Below are positions 40,433 through 51,026 of a DNA stretch of 64,000 bases, in pieces. A program made the position numbers and the translations under genes. Source of the stretch: Cenarchaeum sp. (GTDB lineage Archaea > Thermoproteota > Nitrososphaeria > Nitrososphaerales > Nitrosopumilaceae). The notes below the pieces were generated by a model. The model was not told the origin of the DNA. It was given only the letters and a program-made list of their open reading frames with translations, and made no database searches. The stretch spans positions 1,472,001-1,536,000 of the forward strand of contig CBDESU010000002.1 of the NCBI GenBank assembly GCA_965242695.1. Reading direction: 5' to 3'. Numbering within the stretch: the first letter of the stretch is position 1; each line of letters begins with the position of its first letter.

Positions 40433-42856
40433 ATGGGAGAGCCGGCAATATCGGCCAGGGCGTGGGACCCGTCGATCGAGCGCGGCATACTGGAGGAGTG
40501 GGAGAGGTCGGGCCTGCACCGCTTCGACCCGTCGGCGCCGGGCGAGGTGTTCACGATCGACACGCCCCCGCCATACCCGTCGGGGCGCCCGTGGCACATC
40601 GGGGCCGCCGCCCACTACTCCCAGATAGACATGATCGCCCGCACGGCCCGCATGCGCGGCCTCAACGTGTACTTTCCGATAGGGATAGACCGCAACGGCC
40701 TGCCCGTCGAGCTGTACACGGAGAAGAAGCACGGCATCCGCATGCGCGAGACCGACAGGGCCGAGTTCCTCCGCCTGTGCGCCGAGTCGCTCGACGAGCT
40801 AGAGGCCGAGATGGCCGAGATCATGCGCTCGCTCGGACTGAGCGGGGACGTGGCCGGGCGCTACCGCACGGACTCTGACGAGTACAGGGCCCTGACGCAG
40901 TCGACGTTCATCGACCTGTGGAACAGGGGGCTGGTGTACCTGGCGACGAGGCCGAACAACTACGACTGGGCGTCGGGCACGACGATCGCCGACGCCGAGA
41001 TCGCGTACGAGGAGCTGCCGACGGACCTGGTCCACATGCGCTTTTCGATCGAGGGCGAGCCGGGCAGGACGCTGCCCATCGCGAGCACGCGGCCCGAGCT
41101 GCTCTGCGCATGCCGCGCCGTCGTCGTCGCGCCGGGGGACGGGCGGCACGCGGGCCTGGCCGGCAGGCGCCGCGCCGTCGTGCCCCTGTACGGCAACGCA
41201 GTCGACATCGTGGAGCACCCGTCGGTTGACGCGTCGTTCGGCAGCGGAGCCGTCATGGTGAGCAGCTACGGCGACCGCAACGACGTGGCCCTGTTCCGCG
41301 AGCTCGGGCTCGAAGAGGTCGCCTCGGTCGGGCTCGACGGGCGCATGACGGGCGCGGCAGGCCCCTACGCGGGGCTGCGCCCAAAGCAGGCGCGCAAAAA
41401 GATCGTCGAGGACCTCGGCGCGGCGGGGCTGGTCGAGAGGGTCGAGGCGATACGCCACCGCACGCCCGTCTCGGAGCGCAGCAAGAACCCGATAGAGATC
41501 GTCCCGATGGAGGAGTACTACCTGAGGCAGACCGGCGCCGTGGAGCGGCTCAGGGGCCTGTCGTCGGGCGTGCGGTTCCACCCCGAGATGCACCGCGGCA
41601 TACTCGCAAACTGGCTCGACTCGGTGTCGATGGACTGGCCGATATCGAGGCGGCGGTACTACGGCACGGAGATACCCGTGTGGAGGTGCCGCGCGTGCGG
41701 CCGCGCCCACCTGCCCGAGCCCGGCCGGTACGTCCGGCCGTGGCGCGACCCGTGCCCAGCCGACGCCTGCGCGGGGTGCGGCTCGGCGGCGGGGTTCGAG
41801 GGCGAGCACCGCACGTTCGACACGTGGATGGACTCTAGCGTCTCGCCCCTGTTCGTGTGCGGGTACGGGCGCGACGAGGGTCTGTTCGCGGCGACGTACC
41901 CGGCCGCCGTGCGGCCGCAGGCAAAGGATATCGTGCGGACATGGCTGTACTATACGCTGCTCCGGTGCGACCAGCTGACGGGGAAGGCTCCGTGGTCTGC
42001 CGCCTGGATCATGGGGTACGGCCTCGACGAGCGGGGCGGCAAGATGAGCAAGAGCAAGGGCAACGCCATCGACCCACTGCCCGTAATACGGGACATCGGG
42101 GCCGACGCGTTCCGGTTCTGGAGCGCCGGCGAGGTCACGCACGGGTACGACTTTAGGTGCAACGTGCAAAAAATGGCCGCCTCCAAAAAGTTCCTCAGCA
42201 AGCTGTGGAACGTCTCGCGGTTCATATCGGGGTTTGGGGCGCCGGACGGCCTCGATGCGCGCGCGGCCGCCCCGGCGGGCGGAAGAGGGGACGCGGCCGG
42301 CATGCCCGCCGCAGACGCGTGGATACTCGGCGAGCTCGACTCGCTCGTACGCGAGTGCTCGGCGGGGTACGACGAGTACAACTTTTTCGTGCCCGCCGTG
42401 GCCGTGCGCGAGTTTACGTGGAACGTGTTCGCCGCGCACTACGTCGAGATGGTAAAGGCGCGCGCGTACGGCGACGGCTTTTCAGAGGCCGAGCGCGACT
42501 CGGCGGCGCGCACGCTGCACACCGTCCTGTCGACCGTACTGCGCCTGCTCGCCCCTATAGCGCCGTTCATAACGGAGCGGCTCTGGCAGGAGCTGTACGC
42601 CGGCGGGGGCGCCGGGGGCAGCATACACCGCGAGCGCCTGCCCGCGGCGGCCGCGTCGGGGCCGCCGGCGGGCGCCGCTGCGGCGACGGAGTCGATCGCC
42701 CGGTTCAACTCGCGCGTGTGGGCAGAAAAGAAGTCTAGGGGGCTGTCGCTGAAGGATGCGATCGAGATTGCCGTGCCGCCCGACTTGGAGGCCTTTTCAG
42801 GGGACCTTGCGGCGATGCACAACCTGGCGGGGGCCCGGGGCGGCGGCCCGCAGTGA
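40433..42856 (+). CDS. valS: Valine--tRNA ligase
   Basis: IDTPPPYPSG..HIG, TRPELL, DWPISR, FDTWMDSS, KMSKS. Confidence 0.95.
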   Translation: MGEPAISARAWDPSIERGILEEWERSGLHRFDPSAPGEVFTIDTPPPYPSGRPWHIGAAAHYSQIDMIARTARMRGLNVYFPIGIDRNGLPVELYTEKKHGIRMRETDRAEFLRLCAESLDELEAEMAEIMRSLGLSGDVAGRYRTDSDEYRALTQSTFIDLWNRGLVYLATRPNNYDWASGTTIADAEIAYEELPTDLVHMRFSIEGEPGRTLPIASTRPELLCACRAVVVAPGDGRHAGLAGRRRAVVPLYGNAVDIVEHPSVDASFGSGAVMVSSYGDRNDVALFRELGLEEVASVGLDGRMTGAAGPYAGLRPKQARKKIVEDLGAAGLVERVEAIRHRTPVSERSKNPIEIVPMEEYYLRQTGAVERLRGLSSGVRFHPEMHRGILANWLDSVSMDWPISRRRYYGTEIPVWRCRACGRAHLPEPGRYVRPWRDPCPADACAGCGSAAGFEGEHRTFDTWMDSSVSPLFVCGYGRDEGLFAATYPAAVRPQAKDIVRTWLYYTLLRCDQLTGKAPWSAAWIMGYGLDERGGKMSKSKGNAIDPLPVIRDIGADAFRFWSAGEVTHGYDFRCNVQKMAASKKFLSKLWNVSRFISGFGAPDGLDARAAAPAGGRGDAAGMPAADAWILGELDSLVRECSAGYDEYNFFVPAVAVREFTWNVFAAHYVEMVKARAYGDGFSEAERDSAARTLHTVLSTVLRLLAPIAPFITERLWQELYAGGGAGGSIHRERLPAAAASGPPAGAAAATESIARFNSRVWAEKKSRGLSLKDAIEIAVPPDLEAFSGDLAAMHNLAGARGGGPQ

Positions 42857-42924
42857 TGCGCGGCCGCCGATGCCCCCTCCACACCCGCCATGTCTGGCAT
42901 GGATCTTACAACACGGCTTTTATT

Positions 42925-43305
42925 TCAAGCATGATTCCGGGATTCCCTGGCCAAAGTCATGACGGCGAGGGCCGCAGAGCCGGCGGCAAATATGTAGCTG
43001 TACGGGCTCTCTAGGATGACCAGTGCGGCACCCGACACGGTTGCAAATATGGCCTCTCCCAAAGCTGCATTGACCATGCGGTTGCGGCGAGGCGGTTTGA
43101 GGCGCTGCACACGTGCCCTCGTACCGGGAGCTAGTCGTATCATCTCCCCCCCGTCTATCCGTCCATCAAGATGACTGCCCCCGTGACCATGTTGTGAACG
43201 CCGTGTCTCTCTTATGCGTTCAAGCAACGGCTCCTTTTCGCTGTAACGCGACACGCACTCTGCCACATCGTCGCCTGGCAGTTCGGCCTCTTTTTTCCTA
43301 TCCAT
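42925..43305 (-). CDS. Hypothetical protein with two C-terminal TM helices
   Basis: Start overlaps the stop of the upstream gene; hydrophobic C-terminus. Confidence 0.5.
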   Translation of the reverse strand: MDRKKEAELPGDDVAECVSRYSEKEPLLERIRETRRSQHGHGGSHLDGRIDGGEMIRLAPGTRARVQRLKPPRRNRMVNAALGEAIFATVSGAALVILESPYSYIFAAGSAALAVMTLARESRNHA

Positions 43306-43798
43306 TGCGATGTCCAACCACTCCATATTTTTCAAGATCGTTCCACGCGGCCTGGCACTGCTCCATGCTAAACTTTGGCTTTTTGTTTTTGACGAGCTCT
43401 AGAATTTCGCCCTTTTCGATATCTAGCCCATCAAGATAGCAGATCGACGAAGCTATCTCAAGCATCGTAGGATTGTCCTTCTTGTCGGCAAGGAACTCTT
43501 TGAACTCGAGGTAGCGGCGTTGAGCCTGCTCTGACTCTAATTCTATCGGTATTGTGGGCATGCTGGATGCGATCTCATCCATGGCATAGCCGTCGCTTGC
43601 AAGTGTCGGGCAGTACGCACTGTGCAGGTACCACTCGAACACGTAGCCGAGGTTCAGCCCGAATGACTGTAGGAGGAAGACGGTCTTTTGGAGGGTCAGG
43701 CGCCCCTTGAAGTTGCTCATGTCGAAGTTCCCGATGTCGTTGAGGATGGCGGCCATCTCGTACCGATCGAGTGCACTCCCTTGTGCCACCATGCCCAT
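43298..43798 (-). CDS. YwgA/SocA(Panacea)-like winged-helix protein
   Basis: GRLTLQKTVFLLQ...YVFEWYLHSAYCPTL...MLEIASSICYL. Confidence 0.7.
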   Translation of the reverse strand: MGMVAQGSALDRYEMAAILNDIGNFDMSNFKGRLTLQKTVFLLQSFGLNLGYVFEWYLHSAYCPTLASDGYAMDEIASSMPTIPIELESEQAQRRYLEFKEFLADKKDNPTMLEIASSICYLDGLDIEKGEILELVKNKKPKFSMEQCQAAWNDLEKYGVVGHRNG

Positions 43799-44071
43799 GA
43801 CCTCTTTGGCAACGGGACGGCGGCACGGTTAATACCGTTTGCCATTCATAGCTAGGCGTAAGCACCGGACGACTGCATGAAGGGCGGCATGTGCTGGTTC
43901 GTCGCATTTGCCCTGCCTAGGCGCGCCGGGCATCTAGCGCAGATTGCCTGTAGTACCACCGTTTGCCCTCAGTCGCGCCTCTGCATCATGCCGTCGCAGT
44001 TTGGTACGATCTAGGGTGGCTCGGTGGGTGGTTGGAGGGGGGGGGGGGGAAGGGATGGGGTGGTCGCTTTT

Positions 44072-44485
44072 TCACGCTCCTCCGCGGATGCCGCCCTGCG
44101 CGGCCTGCCCCCACTTCCTGCCGACCCTCTCGAGGCGCGACTCGGGCCCCTCCGAGTAGTAGATCATGAACGGGTCCGCCCCGCTCGAGAGCAGGTAGCT
44201 CATGGCCCCGTCGCCGGCCTGGCTGATCTTCTCGACCGTGTAGACCGTGTCCCACTCGCCCCGCACGCCCTCATCGTCCTCTTCGCCGTCGACGATCCGC
44301 ACAAGGTCGCCGGGCCTGAACCTGAGGGCCGGCATCTCCGCGCGCCCGTACTCGGATCCGCACGACAGGCAGTGCATGGACCTCTTGCCGATCGACATGC
44401 TCGGGCTGCCGCACTCGATGCATATGCGGATGCCCATGTTTACGAGTGGCGCGGCGCTCCTGCCGCCGTCGTGCAAGCCGTCCAT
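44072..44485 (-). CDS. Hypothetical zinc-ribbon + SH3/KOW-like protein
   Basis: CIECGS...CLSCGS, then FRPGDLVRIV...YSEGPESRLE. Confidence 0.55.
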   Translation of the reverse strand: MDGLHDGGRSAAPLVNMGIRICIECGSPSMSIGKRSMHCLSCGSEYGRAEMPALRFRPGDLVRIVDGEEDDEGVRGEWDTVYTVEKISQAGDGAMSYLLSSGADPFMIYYSEGPESRLERVGRKWGQAAQGGIRGGA

Positions 44486-44808
44486 TGCGAGTCGGTTTTG
44501 AGCTGCCCTGCAGCTAATATGAACCCTGGCCGCGCGCCGCGCGTGGCGCCGGCCTCTGCGCCGATGGGGGGCCTGGGGGCGCGGCGGCGCCCTGCCTGCC
44601 GCCGTGCAGCAGGCGGAGGGGCGCCCGCGCGCAGCCGTTGTGCCTCCGCCCGCCCGCCCTCCCCGCAAGGCTTAACCGCCGCAAGCCGGCACGCGGGCGC
44701 GTGTACGACCTGTGGATCATGGCAGCCGCGGTGGGCGGCATCGTGGCGTACCTGCTCGTGCGGCGCCACCAGGAAGGCTAGCCGCCCCGGCGCCCCGGCG
44801 CGCCGCCC

Positions 44809-45444
44809 CTACGCGTCGGCCGCCTGCCTTACAATGTCGGCAAAGTACCCGTACAGGGCCGTAGCCGACCCGCCGCCGAGCTCGGGGTGGAACGACGTGC
44901 CGACGACGTTGCCCTGCCTGGCGGCCACTATCCGTGCGCCGAGCCGCGAGAGCTCGACGACGCCGGACCCTGCCTCTATGATGGCGGGCGACCGTATGAA
45001 CACGCCCCTGATCTTTGGTATGCCGCACGCCTCCATGGACAGGTCGGCCTCGAACGAGTCGCGCTGCCTGCCAAACGAGTTGCGCTCGACGGCGACGTCG
45101 AGCAGGCCGAGCAGCTGCTGGCCGGTCGGGCCGACGACCCTGTCCCGCGCGCTCTTTGCGAGCATGACCATCCCCGCGCACACGCCGAGGACGGGCATGC
45201 CGGCGAGCGCCCTCTCCTTGATCCTGTCGACCATGCCGCCGGCGAGCGCCATGCGCCCTATTACGGTGCTCTCGCCGCCGGGTATGACGAGCCCGTCGAT
45301 GCGATCGAGGCCGGCCGGCGTCGAGACGGCCGCGGCCGAGTCGCCCCTCCCGCCGCCGTTTCCTGCGCCGAGGCCGGCCCTGGAGGCGGCCACATTCTCT
45401 GCCACGTCGCCCTGCAGCCCGAGCACGCCGATCGACACCATCAT
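44809..45444 (-). CDS. pdxT: PLP synthase glutaminase subunit
   Basis: GVLGLQG, PGGEST, GVCAG, RNSFGRQ, FIRSP, FHPE. Confidence 0.97.
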   Translation of the reverse strand: MMVSIGVLGLQGDVAENVAASRAGLGAGNGGGRGDSAAAVSTPAGLDRIDGLVIPGGESTVIGRMALAGGMVDRIKERALAGMPVLGVCAGMVMLAKSARDRVVGPTGQQLLGLLDVAVERNSFGRQRDSFEADLSMEACGIPKIRGVFIRSPAIIEAGSGVVELSRLGARIVAARQGNVVGTSFHPELGGGSATALYGYFADIVRQAADA

Positions 45445-46439
45445 GCCCCGCCCCCGCGCTCCTGCATGCGCATCTCGGCCGCCTCGGCGTCGCCCAGGCC
45501 GAGCATCGAGCTTCGCTCGTCGACCATGCGCTGCGCCTCCATGACCTTTATCGCGTCTTCCCAGAACGTAGTTGCCATGACGACGGCCGTGGCGCGCTCC
45601 CTCGCATCGCCGGCCTTGAAGATGCCCGACCCGACGAACACGCCGTCGCAGCCGAGCGACATGAGGTGGGCCGCATCGGCGGGCGTTGCAATTCCGCCGG
45701 CGGCAAAGTTGACGACCGGCAGGCGGCCGAGCCGTCCGGTCTCCTCGGCCAGGTCGTACGAGACGCGCATCTCCCTGGCCAGCCTGGCCGTCTCTTGGCT
45801 GTCTCCGTCCGAGGCCGCCGCGCGCAGGGCCCGAAGCCCGTCGTTGACGAGCCGCATGTGCCGCACGGCCTCGGCGACGTTGCCCGTGCCTGGCTCTCCC
45901 TTTGTGCGGATCATGGCGGCCCCCTCCTCTATGCGGCGCAGCGCCTCGCCGAGCGAGCGGGCGCCGTTGACGAAGGGGGTCGTAAAGTCCCACTTCCAGA
46001 TGTGCCGCGACTCGTCGGCCGGCGTGAGGACCTCGGACTCGTCGATCATGTCGACGTCGCACTCCTGCAGGACGCGCGCCTCGTAGGTGTGACCGATGCG
46101 GCACTTTGCCATGACGGGGATCGTGACGGCGCCCATGATCTCGGATATGACGCGGGCGCCGGCCGTCCGGGCCACGCCGCCTGCCTTGCGCACGTCCGAC
46201 GGCAGCTTGTCCAGGACCATGACGGCCACGGCGCCGGCCTCCTCCGCAATGCCCGCCTGCTCGGCCGTCGTCACGTCCATGACGACGCCGTTCTTGAGCA
46301 TGTGAGCAAAGCCCCGCTTGAGCGTAGACGTGCCTCGCGTGGCGCCTGCCGGCCTGTCGGGCCCGCCGCCGGCCCCGCCTCCGTCGCCGGAGACCACGCC
46401 GCCTGCCGCCTTGTCCCTGCTGCCCGCAAGCGAGATCAT
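45441..46439 (-). CDS. pdxS: PLP synthase lyase subunit
   Basis: [51 protein letters not shown]. Confidence 0.98.
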   Translation of the reverse strand: MISLAGSRDKAAGGVVSGDGGGAGGGPDRPAGATRGTSTLKRGFAHMLKNGVVMDVTTAEQAGIAEEAGAVAVMVLDKLPSDVRKAGGVARTAGARVISEIMGAVTIPVMAKCRIGHTYEARVLQECDVDMIDESEVLTPADESRHIWKWDFTTPFVNGARSLGEALRRIEEGAAMIRTKGEPGTGNVAEAVRHMRLVNDGLRALRAAASDGDSQETARLAREMRVSYDLAEETGRLGRLPVVNFAAGGIATPADAAHLMSLGCDGVFVGSGIFKAGDARERATAVVMATTFWEDAIKVMEAQRMVDERSSMLGLGDAEAAEMRMQERGGGA

Positions 46440-46460
46440 GCCAAGCCGCCCCTGCCCACA

Positions 46461-46988
46461 CTATTTGTACCTAATTCCGGCGCTAAGGTTGCCCATTATC
46501 ATGTCGAGCTCGCCGCCGACGGCCGTGACGATGGGCGGGACGAACGAGGCGGCGGCCCCCTGCTCGGGCCAGCTGACGCGGCTCGTCGCGCCGTTGAGCG
46601 TGACTTTTACCGAGTACTGCTCGTACCTTGTCGCGTTCGGAGCCGCCTCGAACGAGGATGCGATCGCCGCAAAGCCCGTCTCCTTTACCATGGCGGACAG
46701 GCGCCTGTGGCCGGCATCGTCGAGCCTTCCGGCGATCTCGGGGCGCGGCGAGCCGGCCTCGACTAGGACGTAGCGGAGGGCGCCGTCGTCGGCCACGGAG
46801 AGTATCTCGGTGCGCTCGGCGCCGGTCCGCCCGACGAGCCCGCCTGCGTGCGACACCCTCGCAAGCTCATGCTTTGTGTACTCTATGCTGATCCTGTCGG
46901 AGGGGATCGATGCGGACGGGGGCACCTCGGTCTGCGTGGCCAGGGGAACGGCGATCATGGCGGCGACGACGGCGGGTATGGCCGCCAT
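46461..46988 (-). CDS. Membrane-anchored or secreted hypothetical protein
   Basis: N-terminal hydrophobic helix followed by a soluble domain; upstream of pdxS. Confidence 0.7.
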   Translation of the reverse strand: MAAIPAVVAAMIAVPLATQTEVPPSASIPSDRISIEYTKHELARVSHAGGLVGRTGAERTEILSVADDGALRYVLVEAGSPRPEIAGRLDDAGHRRLSAMVKETGFAAIASSFEAAPNATRYEQYSVKVTLNGATSRVSWPEQGAAASFVPPIVTAVGGELDMIMGNLSAGIRYK

Positions 46989-47338
46989 TGCGATTGTAAC
47001 GGGGCGTACCGTCCTGCTCTACCTCCTGCGGCGCGCCCGGGGCGCCGTGTCAATAAAGCTTGGGCGTGCGCCGACCGCTGGGGCCCCCAGCGGGGAGTTG
47101 ACACGGAGCCGGCAAGGCGGGAGGCGGGGGCGCCGACCTTGATGCCGTATCTGCCCACCTCGATGCCATGATGTATTCCTTGCGGGGCGCGTCAACTACT
47201 GCGCCAGGCGCGTGGCTCTCGTCTCTCACGTGCCTGTCCTAGACGATTAAGTTGGTAATCACGCTGCCGAGTTTTTCAAAGACTGGCGGCAAGGTATTTT
47301 TAAGCACTTATATTTAAAAGCGAAATTATAAGTAGGGC

Positions 47339-48282
47339 ATGCCTAGCCGGGACTCAAAACGGCTCGCTACCCCGTTAAACTGCCAGATGCAGTTTGGTTA
47401 GCAACGGCCACACTGCACCGCGACTCCAAAACTGACGCAACATTTTCTACAAGAGAGATACGTGACGAAGTCATATCACAAGAAGTCCAAAGCAGCAAAC
47501 ACGATCGCTCAATCACAGATTCTATCACCAGTGACTGTGTGGCTCGACTTGAGGCCAAGAAGCGCCGCACACACTGTAAACTACACCAGAAAAAACGCGG
47601 GGACAAATACCGGCTGTGGCGACCGGGAGATCCCTGCCACTCTTCCAGGGAGGGCTCGCCAGTAGAACCGGACAAGCAGTTTCTCCCGCCAGAATTTCAA
47701 TACTACATCGATTGGTATCGCGATGACTATTGCGGAGAAAAAATGCCCATGCCGTTGAGTGCCCGTGACGCCTCTGCTCGTGTTGGCGCACAGATCGGCC
47801 GGATGGAAGCAAACTCTTCGGACAACATCGGTGTAGGCAATCGAAACGGCCGTGTGGGACAGGGTTCGGTCGGCATGGTGGACCTTTTAAAGATAAAAAG
47901 TGGTCCGCCGCCTTGGACGAACGAGGTCGTAACGCGGGCCGTGAGGGACACGTCAAAGGTACACTCCCTGAAGAATTTGTACCAAGACAAGTGCCAAGTG
48001 TGCGGGTACACGATACAGGTCACGGCGGATCGCAGGTACAGTGAGGCACACCATCTCCGCCCGCTCGGTAGCGGCGGCGATGATGACTATGACAACATGC
48101 TTGTCCTGTGCCCCACGCACCATGTCGAATTTGACTGTGCCGTTCTTGGCGTGTCTGCGGACGGCCGCAGGGCGGTCGACAGGAATGGCAAGGAGCGGGC
48201 GCTGGCAGTGCTGTCGGGACACTCGCTTGCTCCTAAGAACATCGAATTCCACCTAAGCAGGATGGCCTTGTCGCGAGTCTAG
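47339..48282 (+). CDS. HNH endonuclease with N-terminal domain; apparent frameshift near 47356-47360
   Basis: CQVCG...YSEAHHLRPLGSGGDDDYDNMLVLCPTHHVEFD. The frame is open back to 47347 without a start; ATG 47339 is in another frame, after AT-rich TATA boxes. Confidence 0.8.
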
Positions 48283-48449
48283 ATGTCCTCCGCCTGGGGT
48301 GGCGGTACGGCCGACCGTGGGCAGGCTGTGCGACGATCCCTAGGTTCAGGGAACCGCGTAAGCATGCAAGGGCACGGATCTCCCTTCACGGGCCGCGGCA
48401 TGTGCCCGTCCACTAGGTTAAAATCACCCCCCGCTCCGCCGCCCCCCGT

Positions 48450-48593
48450 GGGGTCGTAGCCTAGCCTGGTAGGGCGACAGTGACCAAGTCACCGCAAGGG
48501 GCTCCAGAGGTCAACAAGCTGCTGACGCAAGGATGATGTGAGTTTGGAGCTGCAGTGACCCGTAGGTCGCCGGTTCGATTCCGGTCGGCCCCA
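48450..48593 (+). tRNA. tRNA-Trp(CCA) with two introns (48479-48498 at 28/29; 48508-48557 at 37/38)
   Basis: Removing both inserts gives acceptor GGGGTCG/CGGCCCC, anticodon arm ACGGG-CTCCAGA-CCCGT and T-arm GCCGG-TTCGATT-CCGGT; TTAAAA box upstream. Confidence 0.9.
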
Positions 48594-48640
48594 CATTCTC
48601 CTCACCGCGCGCGGGCGGCCGCCGCACGCCGCATGCGCCG

Positions 48641-50935
48641 CTACTCCCGCTGTCCCTGCCCGCCCTCCCGCAGCACGTTGAGGGCCGAACCGGCCCTGAA
48701 CCAGCCGGCCTGGAGCCCGCTGTACGAGTGGACCAGGTCGAACTCGTCGGATGTGCCGTCTGCGTGGGACACGGTGCAGCGCACGCGGCTGCCCGGCGCG
48801 AGCGACGCTATGCCAGAGAGCGCCACGCGGTCGTCGGCGGCGCGCACGCGGTCGTAGTCTGACGCGTCGGCGAACGAGAGGGCCAGAACGCCCTGCTTCT
48901 TGAGGTTCGTCTCGTGTATGCGCGCAAAGCTCTTGGCGATGACGGCGGCGCACCCGAGGTGGCGCGGCGTCATGGCCGCATGCTCGCGGCTGCTGCCCTC
49001 GCCGTAGTTGTCCCCGCCGACGACGACCCACCTCACGCCGTCGCGCCTGTACGCGCGGGCTACGGCCGCGCACGTGCCCTCCTCGCCCGTCCGCGCATCG
49101 ACGGCCCTGCCCACCTTGCCCTCTCCGAGGGCGCTCACGGCGCCGAGCAGCATGTTGTCGCTGAGGTTGTCCAGGTGCCCCCTGTACGACAGCCACGCGC
49201 CGGCCGGCGATATGTGGTCCGTGGTGCACTTGCCTGCCGCCTTTACCAGCACGGGCATCCCCGCGTACTCGTCCGAGCCGTCCCACGCGGCGAACGGCTC
49301 CAGAATCTGCAGGCGGCTGCTCGACGGGTCGATGTCGACGTCGACCGAGTCTGGGTCGTCCGACGGCGGGGCGTACGCCCCGCGGGCTGCCTCGAACCCG
49401 CCGCGCGGCACGTCGTCTGCCTCGCCGGGCGGCTCGAGCCTGAACCTTGTGCCGTCGGCCGCCTCCAGCTCGTCGACTAGCGGGTTGAACGAGAGCCGCC
49501 CGCCGAGGGCGAGCGCGACGACGAGCTCGGGGCTGCCGATAAAGTTCATCGTCGACCTGCTGCCGTCGTTGCGGCCCGGAAAGTTTCGGTTGAAGCTCGT
49601 CACTATGGTGTTCTCTGCGCCCTTTTCCAGCTCGGGCCGGCTCCACTGCCCGATGCACGGGCCGCACGCGTTGGCAAGGACCGTTGCGCCGACGGACCTG
49701 AGGGACCCCATCTGCCCGTCCCTCTCGATCGTCGCGCGTATCTGCTCCGAGCCCGGCGTGACGAGCAGCGGCGCGGCGGCCCTCGCCCCGCGCGAGGCCG
49801 CCTGCTCGGCCACGGCGGCGGCCCTCGACATGTCCTCGTACGAAGAGTTGGTGCAGCTGCCGACCAGGGCCGCCGAGATGCGGTCGACGTACCCAGAGGC
49901 GGCCGCATCGGCGGCCATCCTGGATATCGGCCTTGCCAGGTCCGGCGTGTGCGGCCCGACGATGTGCGGCTCTAGCTCGGACAGGTCGATCTCGAGGACG
50001 CGGTCAAAGCACGCGCCGGGGTCGTCCTCGACGCCGGGATCGGCCGAGAGCAGGCCTGCCCTGTCGCGGGCAATGTCGGCTATGGCGCCGCGCCCGGTCG
50101 CCCTGAGGTACGACTCCATCCTGCCGTCGTACGGGAATACGGAGCATGTCGCGCCGATCTCGGCGCCCATGTTCGCTATCGTGGCCTTGCCGGTGCAGCT
50201 GATAGAGGCCGCGCCGGGCCCAAAGTACTCTACGATGGCGTTGGTCCCGCCCGAGACGGTCAGCTCGGACGCGACGCGCAGTATGACGTCCTTGGGGGCG
50301 GCCCACCCGCCGAGGCGCCCCGTAAGGCGCACGCCGATCCTCCTCGGGCACAGGACCTCCCACGGCATGCCTGCCATCGCCTCGGCCGCGTCGACGCCGC
50401 CGACGCCGACGGCGAGCATGCCGAGGCCGCCGGCGTTGGGCGTGTGCGAGTCGGTGCCGATCATGAGGCCTCCGGGAAAGGCGTAGTTCTCTAGGACCAC
50501 CTGGTGTATGATCCCGGCGCCGGGCCTCCAAAAGCCGCACCCGTACTTTGAGGCGGCCGACTCTAGGAACCGAAACACCTCGCTGTTCTCGCCGAGGGCC
50601 TCCTTCGTGTCGCTCTCGCCGTCGATCCGGGCGCGGATGAGGTGGTCGCAGTGTATGGTCGTCGGCAGGCTCGCCTGCCGCTGCCCCGCCGCGATGAACT
50701 GCAGCATCACCATCTGGCCGGTGACGTCCTGGAGAGCGACCCTGTCGGGCCTGAGGAACACGTAGTCGCGCCCGCCGCGCGGCATGCGCCCGTCAAACCC
50801 CTCGAGGTGCCCCGCCAGTATCTTCTCGGAGAGCGCCAGCGGCCTGCCGCCGGCCGCATCCCTGTACCGCGGGACGGCCTCGGCCAGCCGCTCGTAGACC
50901 CCGCCGACCATGCCGGCGGTCGTCTCGATCTCCAC
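48641..50935 (-). CDS. acnA: Aconitate hydratase
   Basis: QDVTGQM, HCDH, GIIHQ, GTDSHT, GSCTN, NACGPCIG, FNRNF, TTDHIS, GEGSSRE. Confidence 0.97.
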   Translation of the reverse strand: MEIETTAGMVGGVYERLAEAVPRYRDAAGGRPLALSEKILAGHLEGFDGRMPRGGRDYVFLRPDRVALQDVTGQMVMLQFIAAGQRQASLPTTIHCDHLIRARIDGESDTKEALGENSEVFRFLESAASKYGCGFWRPGAGIIHQVVLENYAFPGGLMIGTDSHTPNAGGLGMLAVGVGGVDAAEAMAGMPWEVLCPRRIGVRLTGRLGGWAAPKDVILRVASELTVSGGTNAIVEYFGPGAASISCTGKATIANMGAEIGATCSVFPYDGRMESYLRATGRGAIADIARDRAGLLSADPGVEDDPGACFDRVLEIDLSELEPHIVGPHTPDLARPISRMAADAAASGYVDRISAALVGSCTNSSYEDMSRAAAVAEQAASRGARAAAPLLVTPGSEQIRATIERDGQMGSLRSVGATVLANACGPCIGQWSRPELEKGAENTIVTSFNRNFPGRNDGSRSTMNFIGSPELVVALALGGRLSFNPLVDELEAADGTRFRLEPPGEADDVPRGGFEAARGAYAPPSDDPDSVDVDIDPSSSRLQILEPFAAWDGSDEYAGMPVLVKAAGKCTTDHISPAGAWLSYRGHLDNLSDNMLLGAVSALGEGKVGRAVDARTGEEGTCAAVARAYRRDGVRWVVVGGDNYGEGSSREHAAMTPRHLGCAAVIAKSFARIHETNLKKQGVLALSFADASDYDRVRAADDRVALSGIASLAPGSRVRCTVSHADGTSDEFDLVHSYSGLQAGWFRAGSALNVLREGGQGQRE

Positions 50936-51026
50936 GCCGCCGGCCCCCGCGGGGGCGATTTAACGCTAGCTGGAGCGGCGCCTGCCACACTTATAACGGC
51001 CTGCAGGGCCCCCGCCGCCGCGCACC

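Noticed and set aside
44809-46461. 550-aa ORF as a PdxS-PdxT fusion
   Set aside because: pdxS is in a different frame; pdxT begins at 45444 with an ATGA overlap.
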